Source: an uncultured virus (IMG/VR IMGVR_UViG_3300034062_004002)
Taxonomy: Duplodnaviria > Heunggongvirae > Uroviricota > Caudoviricetes
IMG/VR virus record: IMGVR_UViG_3300034062_004002
Reading direction: 5' to 3' (one strand)
Length of the DNA: 64,000 nucleotides
The translations under genes and the position numbers were made by a program. Position 1 is the stretch's first letter. Each line of letters opens with the position of its first letter. Under the pieces are notes generated by a model. That model was not told where the DNA came from, ran no database searches, and was given only the letters and a program-made list of their open reading frames with translations. This document shows positions 1-10,387 of this stretch, one piece after another.

Positions 1-248
1 TGAACGATGATTTTATTTTTAGTAGTAGTAAACTAACTAGTACCAAAGAATTAGTTGAATTATTTTTTTCCAAATATGGGTTGGACATGAATAATTTTGT
101 TGTTCAAGATGAGACATTAAAAAGAAAAGATGACATTTGTATTTACGGAGATGATACAAAATTACAGTTAACAGGGTGGAGACCAAAAAAAAATCTAAAT
201 GATTTAGTTGTTGATATGGTTGAATTTGAATTAAATAATAATAAATAA
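1..248 (+). CDS. gmd: GDP-mannose 4,6-dehydratase-like (extended SDR) protein, C-terminal fragment; 5' end outside window
   Basis: Frame 3 is open from the window start to TAA 246-248: NDDFIFSSSKLTSTKELVELFFSKYGLD...IYGDDTKLQLTGWRPKKNLNDLVVDMVEFEL. This resembles the Gmd C-terminus (DDYVIATG..GD.SKA...LGW.P). Not in the ORF track. Confidence 0.65.
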   Translation, partial: NDDFIFSSSKLTSTKELVELFFSKYGLDMNNFVVQDETLKRKDDICIYGDDTKLQLTGWRPKKNLNDLVVDMVEFELNNNK

Positions 249-259
249 TTAAATATAAT

Positions 260-1192
260 ATGGATATACTATATATTAATCATGAAAAATCCCAATGCGG
301 GGTTTACGAAATCGGGAAACGTATTCACAAATTACTTGACCCTAATATAATACAATCGTTATATGTTGAAACAAAAGTTAATGGTATTCATGAGTATCGT
401 AAAATAATGGAAGAGAATAACCCCAAATATGTTTTTTATAATTATTTTCTTGTAACATTACCATATTTGAATAAAAATTTATTTAAAGAGTATCCAAATA
501 CTAAACATATTGGGATTATTCACGACCCACTAAGACCTAGTGATATTCAATTTTATGATTCAACTTTTGATGCGTGGATAATTCATGACGACACTAACCC
601 AATCCAAAGTAAAAATAAGTTTACGACAATACGACCAATATCTCGATTTAATAAACCTAAAATCAATAACAATGTATTAAACATAGGGTCACATGGTTTT
701 ACAGTATCCCCTTGGAAAATGTTTGATAAAATGATTAATCAAATTCATGATGAATTTGATGAAGTCAATATTAATATGAATTTAACTCATGCTACTTTTG
801 GTGGGACTAATCAAGGTCGTGAGATTGATATGTGGAGAAGTAAAATTACAAAACCTAATGTAAAGTTAAATATAACTACCCATTATTTTGAGGAGGAACT
901 TGATTTAATTAGGTTTTTATCTAAAAACGATTTAAATATGTATTTTTATAACCCTCCAAATCAGTATATCGGGGTTGGGGGTAGTGCCGACTTAGCGGTT
1001 AGTTCACAATCTAGTTTAGTTGTTAATAACACATATATGTACAGACATTTTCATAAACATTTAGGTTTTTATGACGAAACAAATAGTTTAAAGTCTTTCT
1101 TAAATAATAAAAATAAAGTTAAAGAACTTTATGATTTATGGTCACCAGAAAGAATGACGTTAGATTATAAAAACTTATTAGAATCGTTATGA
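260..1192 (+). CDS. putative glycosyltransferase (GT-B-like)
   Basis: 310 aa; N-terminal CGVYEIG, IGSHGF and SADLAVSS motifs are shared with the next ORF; lies in the glycan cluster. Confidence 0.5.
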   Translation: MDILYINHEKSQCGVYEIGKRIHKLLDPNIIQSLYVETKVNGIHEYRKIMEENNPKYVFYNYFLVTLPYLNKNLFKEYPNTKHIGIIHDPLRPSDIQFYDSTFDAWIIHDDTNPIQSKNKFTTIRPISRFNKPKINNNVLNIGSHGFTVSPWKMFDKMINQIHDEFDEVNINMNLTHATFGGTNQGREIDMWRSKITKPNVKLNITTHYFEEELDLIRFLSKNDLNMYFYNPPNQYIGVGGSADLAVSSQSSLVVNNTYMYRHFHKHLGFYDETNSLKSFLNNKNKVKELYDLWSPERMTLDYKNLLESL

Positions 1193-2097
1193 AGAATATA
1201 TTATTGGTTAATCGAAAAAAACAAAATTGTGGAATTTATCAGTATGGGGTGAACATATTTAATTCACTATCTAAAAGCCCCAAAAACAATTATCTTTATT
1301 TGGAGACTGACGATGAAAATACTTTAATGAATTACTGTCAAAATAATACAGTAGATATCGTTATTTTTAATTGGTATTTACATGTAATGAGATGGATATC
1401 CAACTCAACCGTAGATAAATTACAACCTAGAAATGTATATTGTATCTATCATGATGATATACCACCATCCTTTAAGAATATGAAGGGAGTGTTTTATAAT
1501 GACCCAACAAGACAAGTAAATAATATTAATGAATTTAATATTAATCGATGCTTATTTGATTATAAAAACACACAATTAAAAGATGATAGTCGAGTGATAA
1601 TATCATCATTTGGTTTTGGATTTATGGATAAAGGATTTCAGAATGTTATTAAGAGAGCTAATGAAGAGTTTTCAGATTGTTTAATTCGACTACATATTCC
1701 TGACGCGGGTGTTGACCGTAATAATGGTTTAAAAAACCAAACACTTCGAGAATGTTATAAAATGGTAAGTCCTCACAATCAATTAGTAATCACTACAAAT
1801 TATATGAATAATAATCAAGTTTTAGATTGGTTATCTGAAAGTACTATCAATTGTTTTTTTTATGATTTAAAACCAAGTAATGGTATTTCCTCAGTGATTG
1901 ATTATTCATTATCAGTGAATGTTCCGTTAGCAATAACTAATTGTAGTATGTTTAGACATATAAATAAAGATGAAATACTGATAGAAAAAAATTCACTTAA
2001 AAGTATTATAGATAGAGGATGTAAACCACTTTTAGAGTTTAAAGAAAAATGGTCAAATGATAATTTTTATAAAAATATCGATAAAATTTTAACTTAA
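1189..2097 (+). CDS. putative glycosyltransferase (GT-B-like), paralog of 260..1192
   Basis: 302 aa; CGIYQYG, ISSFGFGFMDKGF, GISSVIDYSLSVNVPLAIT; ATGA overlap with the upstream gene. Confidence 0.55.
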   Translation: MKNILLVNRKKQNCGIYQYGVNIFNSLSKSPKNNYLYLETDDENTLMNYCQNNTVDIVIFNWYLHVMRWISNSTVDKLQPRNVYCIYHDDIPPSFKNMKGVFYNDPTRQVNNINEFNINRCLFDYKNTQLKDDSRVIISSFGFGFMDKGFQNVIKRANEEFSDCLIRLHIPDAGVDRNNGLKNQTLRECYKMVSPHNQLVITTNYMNNNQVLDWLSESTINCFFYDLKPSNGISSVIDYSLSVNVPLAITNCSMFRHINKDEILIEKNSLKSIIDRGCKPLLEFKEKWSNDNFYKNIDKILT

Positions 2098-2147
2098 AAT
2101 TTCTATTGATTATATATACTCACCAATTATTATTAAAATAAAAAAAT

Positions 2148-3362
2148 ATGATGAAAGAATTATTTACGTTAGGAAATCTTTATGTTTCGGATTTCCTAAA
2201 TGAAGGAGAGTCGGCTAGAGGTGGTAGTGTTGAAATGAAAATGATGATGGATGAAAATGGTTCTGTTAGATTAGAACAGATTGCTCCATTAGATACTATG
2301 TATGGGAAATATTGGTATCGTTCAGGTATTAATGATACAATGAAAAAAGAACTTAACGGAATCGTTAATTCTATCACCGATATTGTAAAACTAAAAGAAA
2401 ATGACTTATGGGTGGATATTGCTTGTAATGACGGAACTTTATTAAGTTATGTCCCTAAGAATTTACTTAGAGTTGGAATTGACCCTGTTGATGATTCTTA
2501 TAAAGTAGAGTCGGAAAAACATTCAAATTTAATTATCCAAGATTATTTTTCTTATGAGGTTTTTAATAAATCTAAATTTGGCGACCTTAAAGCAAAGGTA
2601 ATAACCACAATAGCAATGTTTTATGATTTAGAGGAACCTAAAAAATTTGTAAACGATATTGTTAAAGTACTTGACGATAATGGTGTTTGGGTCTTACAAC
2701 TATCTTACACTCCACTTATGTTAGAACAATTAGCTTTTGATAATATCTGTCACGAACATGTTTATTATTATTCATTATTTAATATTAAAAAAATGTTTAA
2801 AGAATGTGGTATTGATATTATGGACGTTCAATTAAATGATACTAATGGAGGTTCGTTTAGAATTTATTGTATGAAAGAAACTTCAGATAAAACAAATTTT
2901 GGTTCTCAACCACATAGAGATATTTGTAAATTTAGAGTTAATTCTCTTTTACAATATGAAGAAACTTTAAAATTAGATTCTATCGACACTTGGTTGGATT
3001 TTTATAATCGAATAAATGAATTAAAGGAAAAAACCGTTTCATTTATTAAATCTGAAAAAGAAAAAGGTAAAAAAATATGGGGTTATGGAGCATCAACAAA
3101 GGGTAATACTTTGTTACAATATTTTGGATTAGACCATACCTTAATTGAGGGTATTGCCGAACGAAGTCCACATAAATTCGGACTAAAAACTGTTGGAACT
3201 AACATCCCTATTTATTCTGAACAAGAGATGAGAAATCAGAAACCTGATTATCTATTGGTATTACCTTGGCATTTCATTAATGAATTTGTTGAGAGAGAGT
3301 CCGACTTTTTAAAAGATGGTGGTAAATTTATTGTACCTTGTCCTAAATTTAAAATAATTTAA
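2148..3362 (+). CDS. NDP-hexose C-methyltransferase (SAM-dependent)
   Basis: VDIACNDGTLL SAM motif, FDNICHEHVYYYS, GGSFR, YGASTKGNTLLQY, PDYLLVLPWHF, GGKFIVPCP. Confidence 0.85.
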   Translation: MMKELFTLGNLYVSDFLNEGESARGGSVEMKMMMDENGSVRLEQIAPLDTMYGKYWYRSGINDTMKKELNGIVNSITDIVKLKENDLWVDIACNDGTLLSYVPKNLLRVGIDPVDDSYKVESEKHSNLIIQDYFSYEVFNKSKFGDLKAKVITTIAMFYDLEEPKKFVNDIVKVLDDNGVWVLQLSYTPLMLEQLAFDNICHEHVYYYSLFNIKKMFKECGIDIMDVQLNDTNGGSFRIYCMKETSDKTNFGSQPHRDICKFRVNSLLQYEETLKLDSIDTWLDFYNRINELKEKTVSFIKSEKEKGKKIWGYGASTKGNTLLQYFGLDHTLIEGIAERSPHKFGLKTVGTNIPIYSEQEMRNQKPDYLLVLPWHFINEFVERESDFLKDGGKFIVPCPKFKII

Positions 3363-3364
3363 TT

Positions 3365-4000
3365 ATGAAATACTACGCGGAGTTTGATACGGATAAAATA
3401 ATTAGAGAAAAATATTTTCCTAATTATGATTATAAAGGGTTAATAATTGAGGTTGGTGGTGCCACTCCAGAATTTTTATCAATGTCTAAACATTTTAAAG
3501 ATAATGGGTGGAGAACGATAATTATAGAACCAAACCCAACTTTCGCACAACAACATATTGAGATTGGTAATGAAGTATATCAATTCGCTTGTTCTTATGA
3601 AGATAAGGATGGTGAGTTTACAATAGTTGAACAACAAGTAAGTGCTTATGGTGGTATCGTTACAGACCATTCTTTTTCCTCTATCGAAGTTAAAGATTCT
3701 TACTTAAGAAAAACTAATTTTAATTTAACTAATTCGAATAGTAAAAAAATAAATGTAAAAATTAAAAAATTAGACACTATATTAAATGAGATTAATATAA
3801 GTAAGATAGATATTTTATCTATTGATGTTGAGGGGTGGGAAATTGAGGTTATGAAAGGTTTAAACACCGAAAACATAGACTGTAAATTAATTGTTGTTGA
3901 AAATTTTTTGGATGATGATTCATATAAAAAATATTTTGAAAGTATCGGGTATTATTTATCCGACAATATTCAATATAACCAAATATATTTAAAAAAATAA
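3365..4000 (+). CDS. FkbM-family methyltransferase
   Basis: IIEVGG, IIEPNP, KKLDTIL, IDILSIDVEGWEIEVMKG. Confidence 0.85.
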   Translation: MKYYAEFDTDKIIREKYFPNYDYKGLIIEVGGATPEFLSMSKHFKDNGWRTIIIEPNPTFAQQHIEIGNEVYQFACSYEDKDGEFTIVEQQVSAYGGIVTDHSFSSIEVKDSYLRKTNFNLTNSNSKKINVKIKKLDTILNEINISKIDILSIDVEGWEIEVMKGLNTENIDCKLIVVENFLDDDSYKKYFESIGYYLSDNIQYNQIYLKK

Positions 4001-4001
4001 A

Positions 4002-4613
4002 ATGTATTATTCTCAATCAAATCAAGACAAATGGGTCGTTGAATTTTTTAAATTCAAAAAAAATGGATACTTTATTGAATTAGGTGCTTATGATGGTATA
4101 CAAACAAGTAATACCTATTACATGGAGAAAAACTTAGAGTGGAAAGGAATTTGTGTTGAAGCAAATCCTAGAGTTTATCAATCTCTCATTAAAAACAGAA
4201 CTTCAAAAAATATTAATGTTGCTCTAAATGAGTATGTTGGTGAATGTTTTTTTACTAATGATAAAATTACTACAACAGGAGTTAAAGTCCCTTGTAATAC
4301 GTTAAATAACATACTACAAGAGTGCAATTGTCCAAAGGATATTGATTATTTATCAATTGATATTGAAGGATATGAGTATATTGTTCTTAAAGATTTTAAT
4401 TTTAAAGAATGGAATATTGGTCTTATCACAGTTGAACATAATTTATATTGTGATGGTAACGATAGGAAAAATAAATTATATGAACTGTTAACTAACAATG
4501 GGTTTACCAGAGTTGTTGAGGACGCTCCATGTTTAGATAAAAATCCATTATATTATAATAAACCTTACGAAGATTGGTATATAAATAGTAATTTATTATT
4601 ACAAAAATTATAA
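4002..4613 (+). CDS. FkbM-family methyltransferase
   Basis: YSQSNQD, FIELGAYDG..SNT, WKGICVEANP, IDYLSIDIEGYE, ITVEHN. Confidence 0.85.
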   Translation: MYYSQSNQDKWVVEFFKFKKNGYFIELGAYDGIQTSNTYYMEKNLEWKGICVEANPRVYQSLIKNRTSKNINVALNEYVGECFFTNDKITTTGVKVPCNTLNNILQECNCPKDIDYLSIDIEGYEYIVLKDFNFKEWNIGLITVEHNLYCDGNDRKNKLYELLTNNGFTRVVEDAPCLDKNPLYYNKPYEDWYINSNLLLQKL

Positions 4614-4626
4614 ATTCACTAAGAAT

Positions 4627-5361
4627 ATGAAAGTAGCGTTAGTTTGTATTGCAAAAAATGAAGATAGGTATATTCAAGAATGGACCGATTATAATAAAAA
4701 ATTAGGGTTTGACAATATTTTTATTTATCAAAATGATTGGAGATGCCAACTTGAAGACCCTAACATAGTTAAAATAGAGTTTGATGGTATTAATAAACAA
4801 AGAGAGGCCTATAATCATTTCATTAAAAATAACTATGATAACTATGATTGGGTAGCGTTTTTTGATGTTGACGAATTTTTAGTACTTAAAAAACACAGGA
4901 ACGTTAAAGATTTTATTTCCGATTATTCTCAATTTTCATCAATTGGTATTAATTGGGTTTTATTTGGTAATAACGGGTATTCTAAAATAGTCCACGAAAC
5001 AAGTGTCCTAAAAAGATTCACTAAACGCCAGAGTTCGACAAATCCTCACATTAAATCTATCGTAAAACTATCTGGTATTGTGACAATGTGTGTTCATAAC
5101 CCTCTATATATTTTGACTTGTGACACCAATAACAAAACATTTATCGGGCCTTTTAATAACCTTGGGGACGATAATATTGCACAATTAAATCATTACTTTT
5201 GTAAAACCGAAGAAGAGTTTGTCGAGAAATGTGAAAAAGGTCGTGCGGATACGGAAAATAAACGAACAATAAAAGAATTTGAACCCCATAATTTTAACGA
5301 GGTTGAAGATTTAACCGCGATGAATTTTTTATATGATAACAATAATTTACTCAACACATAA
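4627..5361 (+). CDS. glycosyltransferase (GT2/GT92-like)
   Basis: VCIAKNEDRYIQEW, WVAFFDVDEFL (DxD), INWVLFG, LNHYFCKTEEEF. Confidence 0.8.
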   Translation: MKVALVCIAKNEDRYIQEWTDYNKKLGFDNIFIYQNDWRCQLEDPNIVKIEFDGINKQREAYNHFIKNNYDNYDWVAFFDVDEFLVLKKHRNVKDFISDYSQFSSIGINWVLFGNNGYSKIVHETSVLKRFTKRQSSTNPHIKSIVKLSGIVTMCVHNPLYILTCDTNNKTFIGPFNNLGDDNIAQLNHYFCKTEEEFVEKCEKGRADTENKRTIKEFEPHNFNEVEDLTAMNFLYDNNNLLNT

Positions 5362-6841
5362 AGATTCTGAATATAATAACAAATTTAGACAACATTTGTT
5401 ACAAACTGTTGGTCTTAAAGATGTACAAATATTAGAATATGTTAACCATAATGAACATTCATTATCGGAACTTTACAATAAAGGTATTTCAGAATCAATA
5501 TACAATATTGTTGTATGTTGCCATAATGACATTAAGTTAGAGAAAGATTGGGGTAAAAAATTATTATTAGATTTTATTTCCAATGACGACTATGGAATTA
5601 TTGGTAAGGCAGGTTCTTGTTATTTCCCCGAATCAGGTGTGTATTGGGAAAGGATGGGTCAAACAATGGTTGGTCAGGTATACCATCATCCTGAAGGAAG
5701 TAAAAAATGGGTGAATAACTATTCGGCAAAACTACCTCACTTAATACCTGTAGTAACAATCGATGGTCTTTTTATATCGTTTGATAAAACTAAGATAAAA
5801 CATAACTTTGACGAAACAATTGGTAAGTTTCATTTTTATGACCATTCATTTTGTCTTCCAAATTATTTAGAGGGTGTTAAAATTGGTGTCACATCGTCTT
5901 TTGAAATAACTCACCAATCTGTTGGTCAACCAAATCAAGAATTTTTTGATAGTAAAATTAAGTTCTTAGAAAAATGGAAACATAAACTACCATTAGATTT
6001 AAAACCTACCAAGATATATGTTCCCGATATTAAAGAAAAACCGTTAAAAAATATTGGTAAAGTTGCGATTGTTATCCCAACAAAAGGAAAAGTTAATCTT
6101 TTATTTGATTGTGTTTCTTCGTTCTATGAACATTGTAACAAAGACCTATTTGATATTTTTATTGCCGATACTGGGTCATCAGACTCTGAAAAAGAGTGGA
6201 TTAAAAATAAAGTATTACCCTTTGGTAATATTAAATTATTAGAATACGATTATTATAATTTTGCTAAGATAAATAATGATGTGGTAAAAAACCATATTAC
6301 CAAAGATTACGAGTTTGTTTTATTCTGTAATAACGATATTAAAATATTAAATAACGTTGTTTATGGAATGTTAAAAACATTTAAAGACAACCATAGAACA
6401 GGTACTGTTGGTTGTAGACTTCACTTTGAGGATAATACAGTACAACATGATGGTATCGTTACGTTTCTCGATAAAAATCGGTCTTTCCAAGTCTCTCACT
6501 TAAATTTACGAAGTTACTACTCATATACCCTACCAACTAAAAAAATTGTTGGTAGTACAGGAGCGTTGTTAATGATTCGAAAATCGGTATTTGAGAAGTG
6601 TGACTATTTTAATGAAAACTATATCAGTTGTTTTGAGGATGTTGAATTAAATTTAAAATGTCTTTTATTAGGTTATAATAATTATTATGATGGTAGTTTG
6701 GTGTCTTATCATTATGAAAGTCAAACAAGAAATGAAGACCCTGAGATAATAAATAAGTTAACACAAGACTATCAAAAAAACTTACTCCCATTTGTTATAA
6801 AACATTTTGATAAATTGAAGGGTCACATTATTGTCACTTAA
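5333..6841 (+). CDS. two-domain GT2 glycosyltransferase
   Basis: N-domain YNKG..CCHNDI..IDGLF..FHFYD; C-domain AIVIPT..ADTGSSD..FCNNDI..GALLMIRK..FEDVELNL. Confidence 0.85.
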   Translation: MITIIYSTHKDSEYNNKFRQHLLQTVGLKDVQILEYVNHNEHSLSELYNKGISESIYNIVVCCHNDIKLEKDWGKKLLLDFISNDDYGIIGKAGSCYFPESGVYWERMGQTMVGQVYHHPEGSKKWVNNYSAKLPHLIPVVTIDGLFISFDKTKIKHNFDETIGKFHFYDHSFCLPNYLEGVKIGVTSSFEITHQSVGQPNQEFFDSKIKFLEKWKHKLPLDLKPTKIYVPDIKEKPLKNIGKVAIVIPTKGKVNLLFDCVSSFYEHCNKDLFDIFIADTGSSDSEKEWIKNKVLPFGNIKLLEYDYYNFAKINNDVVKNHITKDYEFVLFCNNDIKILNNVVYGMLKTFKDNHRTGTVGCRLHFEDNTVQHDGIVTFLDKNRSFQVSHLNLRSYYSYTLPTKKIVGSTGALLMIRKSVFEKCDYFNENYISCFEDVELNLKCLLLGYNNYYDGSLVSYHYESQTRNEDPEIINKLTQDYQKNLLPFVIKHFDKLKGHIIVT

Positions 6842-6892
6842 AAAATCAAATTAGTTTACATTAAATTAATTTAGCATAAATTTAAATTAAAA

Positions 6893-7633
6893 ATGTCTAT
6901 GACACAAAAAACAAAACCAAGTAAAAATCAACCTCCTGATGAATCAAAAAAGAATTTAAATAAGAAGGAGTTGATTTGGGAAATTCTTAAAAGAAAAACT
7001 AAAGAAAAATTTTTAACTACCAACCAAAAAAAATATTACGATTTACTAATCTCAAGTGAAATAACTGTTTGTTCAGGACCTGCTGGTGTTGGTAAAAGTT
7101 ATATAACCATGAAAGCGGCAATTGATTTAATTGCCGACCCATTAACACCTTACGAGAAGATAATCATTGTAAGACCTGCGGTAGAAGCCGAAGAAAAATT
7201 AGGTTCGTTACCAGGAAACGTTGAAGAAAAGTTGGACCCCTATATCTTTCCGTCATATTATTTATTAAATAAAATTATTGGTAAAGAGGCTCGAGAAAAG
7301 TTAAAAGAAATTGATGTTATTGAAGTGTTCGCATTGGCTTACATGAGAGGAATGAATATTGATAATTCAATTCTCATTTTTGAGGAGGGTCAAAACTCAT
7401 CTCCAAGTCAAATGAAACTATTATTAACTCGAATAGGTTTTAACAGTAAATTTTTTATTTCTGGTGATGTTGAGCAATCTGATAAATACAAAAATAAGAC
7501 TCAGAGCGGTCTATGGGACGCAATCGAAAAATTTAGAGATGGTAATGACATATCTGTTTTTGAATTTAAAGATAAGAACGATATTGTTAGAAATAAGTTG
7601 ATAAGTAAAATTTTAGATAAATACGAAGAATAA
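6893..7633 (+). CDS. phoH: PhoH-family ATPase
   Basis: GPAGVGKS Walker A, RPAVEAEEKLGSLPG, LAYMRG, EEGQN, LLTRIG, GDVEQSD. Confidence 0.92.
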   Translation: MSMTQKTKPSKNQPPDESKKNLNKKELIWEILKRKTKEKFLTTNQKKYYDLLISSEITVCSGPAGVGKSYITMKAAIDLIADPLTPYEKIIIVRPAVEAEEKLGSLPGNVEEKLDPYIFPSYYLLNKIIGKEAREKLKEIDVIEVFALAYMRGMNIDNSILIFEEGQNSSPSQMKLLLTRIGFNSKFFISGDVEQSDKYKNKTQSGLWDAIEKFRDGNDISVFEFKDKNDIVRNKLISKILDKYEE

Positions 7634-8235
7634 TGAGGATTGGTATTGAAATAAATGGGGTTCTAAGGAACACAATTGGTAAGATTGAACAGACATATCA
7701 AAAATTTTTAATTGATAAAACAGATGGTATTGAAAATAAGGACTCATTTGAATATGGAATGACTTTACCTGTCGATAGTTTGGTTTTAAAAAACCATTTT
7801 AAATTCGAAAATGATGAGGAGTTATTTTCATTTTTATATGAAGAATTTCCAATGGAAATTTTTGGTCACGCTCAATCATCAGAATATTCAACATTTAACG
7901 ATTTAAATGACGTATATATTAATCTACGAGATAATCACGATTTGATTATTGTTTCGGACGAAATTGGTAAATCTAAACCGGCATCTTTATTTTTCATATC
8001 TAAGTTTGGTTGTCAGTTAGAAAAAATAAAATTTTATAGTAATTATACAATTAATTCTATGTGGGATGAAATTGACCTTTTACTTACATCAAATCCCGCA
8101 TTATTATTAGAATATCCGTCAGATAAAATACTAATTAAATACGAAACTGACTATAATAAAAACATAAAAACTTCCCATTGTATTAAATCACTTAAGGAAT
8201 TGGAAGACAAATTAAAAGAGATTATAACATGTTAA
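7633..8235 (+). CDS. HAD-fold 5'(3')-nucleotidase-like protein with degenerate catalytic motif
   Basis: N-terminus MRIGIEINGVLRN aligns with the HAD motif I IGIDxDGVL, but both Asp residues are replaced. Confidence 0.5.
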   Translation: MRIGIEINGVLRNTIGKIEQTYQKFLIDKTDGIENKDSFEYGMTLPVDSLVLKNHFKFENDEELFSFLYEEFPMEIFGHAQSSEYSTFNDLNDVYINLRDNHDLIIVSDEIGKSKPASLFFISKFGCQLEKIKFYSNYTINSMWDEIDLLLTSNPALLLEYPSDKILIKYETDYNKNIKTSHCIKSLKELEDKLKEIITC

Positions 8236-8498
8236 AAATATTAGGAGAACACTATTACTTAGATTTGGAAAAAATCGAGGAGTTCACAAATGTAACTCCA
8301 TCAGAAAGTTTTACGGGTGTTTCTGAAAATCATATAAGCGTTGTTAAGTATGATATAATTAAACTACTTATTGAAATTTTAATGAGCGAAAATGAACAGA
8401 TTGATGAGACATTAGGTATAAAAAGTAAGGAGGTGACCATACCATTTAAACTAGCATTTAATAGTTTGATAAATAAAAAATTAATAAACAAATACTAA
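8229..8498 (+). CDS. hypothetical protein
   Basis: 89-aa ORF overlapping the upstream gene within the operon. Confidence 0.7.
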   Translation: MLKILGEHYYLDLEKIEEFTNVTPSESFTGVSENHISVVKYDIIKLLIEILMSENEQIDETLGIKSKEVTIPFKLAFNSLINKKLINKY

Positions 8499-8502
8499 AA
8501 AT

Positions 8503-9561
8503 ATGAATCAAGAACAAATTAAAAAAGTAGAAAAATCAATTCAGAACATGAAAGATAAAAAATCAAAAATTTATCTTTTAGTTCAAGACACTAAAGGTCA
8601 CGCAAAAGCGTCGATTGCTTATAGTTACCGTTTAGGTATGACCCTATCGAAAAAAGGATATAATATGATTATGTTACATGAAAAATCGGATTATACGGGT
8701 GTTTCGGAATGGTTAGGTGGTGAATATATGGAATTACCTCATCAACCAATTGAAGGTCAAAACTTAGAAGTTTCTCCTGAGGATTTTATAATTATTCCTG
8801 AACTTTATGGGTTCGTTATGAGTCAAATCACAAAATTACCTTGTGGTAAAATTGTTTTGTGTCAATCATATGACCATATGTTAGAAACATTACAACCAGG
8901 ACAAACTTGGGCACAATTAGGGTTTTATAAATGTATCACAACTTCTGAAGCCCAAAAAGAATACATCTCAAATGTTATGAGAGGAGTATCTATCGATATT
9001 ATCCCACCATATATTTCCGAAAATTTTAGATTACAAACATTACCACCAAAACCGATGATTGCTATTCACTCTAGAGAACAAAGAGACACCGCAAACATTA
9101 TTAAAAACTTTTATATTAAATTTCCTCAATATAGATGGATAACATTTAGAGATATGAGAGGACTAACCGAAAAACAATTTGCGGACGCACTACAAGACTG
9201 TTTTCTATCGGTGTGGGTGGATGAAACAAGTTCTTTTGGTACCTTCCCTCTTGAGTCAATGAAATCAAATGTTCCTGTATTGGGTTTAGTACCTAATCTT
9301 GTACCATCATGGATGAATGAAGACAACGGTCTTTGGATTAATAATAAAAATCAAATAGTAGACTTTGTTGCGGACTTTTTACAAAATTGGCTTGAGGATA
9401 ATGTTAATGAAAAAATGTATGAGTCAATGTCATTAACTGTAAACGAATCAAGTTCAAAAACAGATTTTGAAAATACGGTAACTTCCCTTTTTGACGGATT
9501 CCTTCAAACAAGATTAAATTCTTTTGAAGAACAATTAAATAAACTAGAACCAACAGAATAA
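8503..9561 (+). CDS. glycosyltransferase (GT4-like)
   Basis: DFIIIPE; SSFGTFPLESMKSNVPVLG resembles the GT4 EgFG...E motif. Confidence 0.65.
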   Translation: MNQEQIKKVEKSIQNMKDKKSKIYLLVQDTKGHAKASIAYSYRLGMTLSKKGYNMIMLHEKSDYTGVSEWLGGEYMELPHQPIEGQNLEVSPEDFIIIPELYGFVMSQITKLPCGKIVLCQSYDHMLETLQPGQTWAQLGFYKCITTSEAQKEYISNVMRGVSIDIIPPYISENFRLQTLPPKPMIAIHSREQRDTANIIKNFYIKFPQYRWITFRDMRGLTEKQFADALQDCFLSVWVDETSSFGTFPLESMKSNVPVLGLVPNLVPSWMNEDNGLWINNKNQIVDFVADFLQNWLEDNVNEKMYESMSLTVNESSSKTDFENTVTSLFDGFLQTRLNSFEEQLNKLEPTE

Positions 9562-9583
9562 AAAAAAAACAAAAATATATAAT

Positions 9584-10387
9584 ATGGAAAATTTTGATGT
9601 ATCAGTAATACTACCAATTAAATCGTCTAAAGCAAACGGATTTACGGACTATTTTGAAAAAGCAATTACTTCTCTTAAAAACCAAACAAAAAAAATAAAT
9701 GAACTAATAATTGTTCATACTGATGAAACATCTTTAGTTGAGTTTTTAAATAGTTTTGATTTTGGGGATTTAAAGGTAAATAAAATTGTTTGGACTAAAG
9801 ACCCTAATTTCTCAGAACAAGTAAATCATGGTGTTAGGTCATCAGAATCTAAATGGGTTTCATTATTCGAGTTTGATGATGAATATTCAAACATTTGGTT
9901 TAAAAATGTTGAGAAATATACAATCGCACATCCTGAAGTTGACGCGTTCTTACCTATCGTTATTGATACGGACGAAAAAGGTCAATTTGCGGGTTTTACC
10001 AACGAAGCAACTTTCGCATTAAATATTGCGGCGGAAATGGGTGTCTTAAGTAATGAAACACTTCAAACATACCAAAACTTCCAAATTTCAGGAATGGTTA
10101 TTAAAAAATCATCGTTTATTGATTTTGGTTTATTAAAACCGTCTTTTAAATTAACATTTGGTTATGAGTTCTTTTTAAGAATGACAAATAATTCGGTAAA
10201 AATCATGTCTATACCTAAAATTGGTTATAAACATATTAATTTACGTGAAGGGTCAATTTTTTGGAACTATAAGAATGGTGATGACAATCTAACAGATGAA
10301 GAAGTTAGATTTTGGGTAGAGTCGGCGAAAAAAGAATATTTCTTTATCAATGATAGGTCCATAAAATATGAACCCCAAACAGTTTAA
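9584..10387 (+). CDS. GT2-like glycosyltransferase
   Basis: VSVILP, AITSL..QT, NHGV, LFEFDDEY. Confidence 0.65.
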   Translation: MENFDVSVILPIKSSKANGFTDYFEKAITSLKNQTKKINELIIVHTDETSLVEFLNSFDFGDLKVNKIVWTKDPNFSEQVNHGVRSSESKWVSLFEFDDEYSNIWFKNVEKYTIAHPEVDAFLPIVIDTDEKGQFAGFTNEATFALNIAAEMGVLSNETLQTYQNFQISGMVIKKSSFIDFGLLKPSFKLTFGYEFFLRMTNNSVKIMSIPKIGYKHINLREGSIFWNYKNGDDNLTDEEVRFWVESAKKEYFFINDRSIKYEPQTV

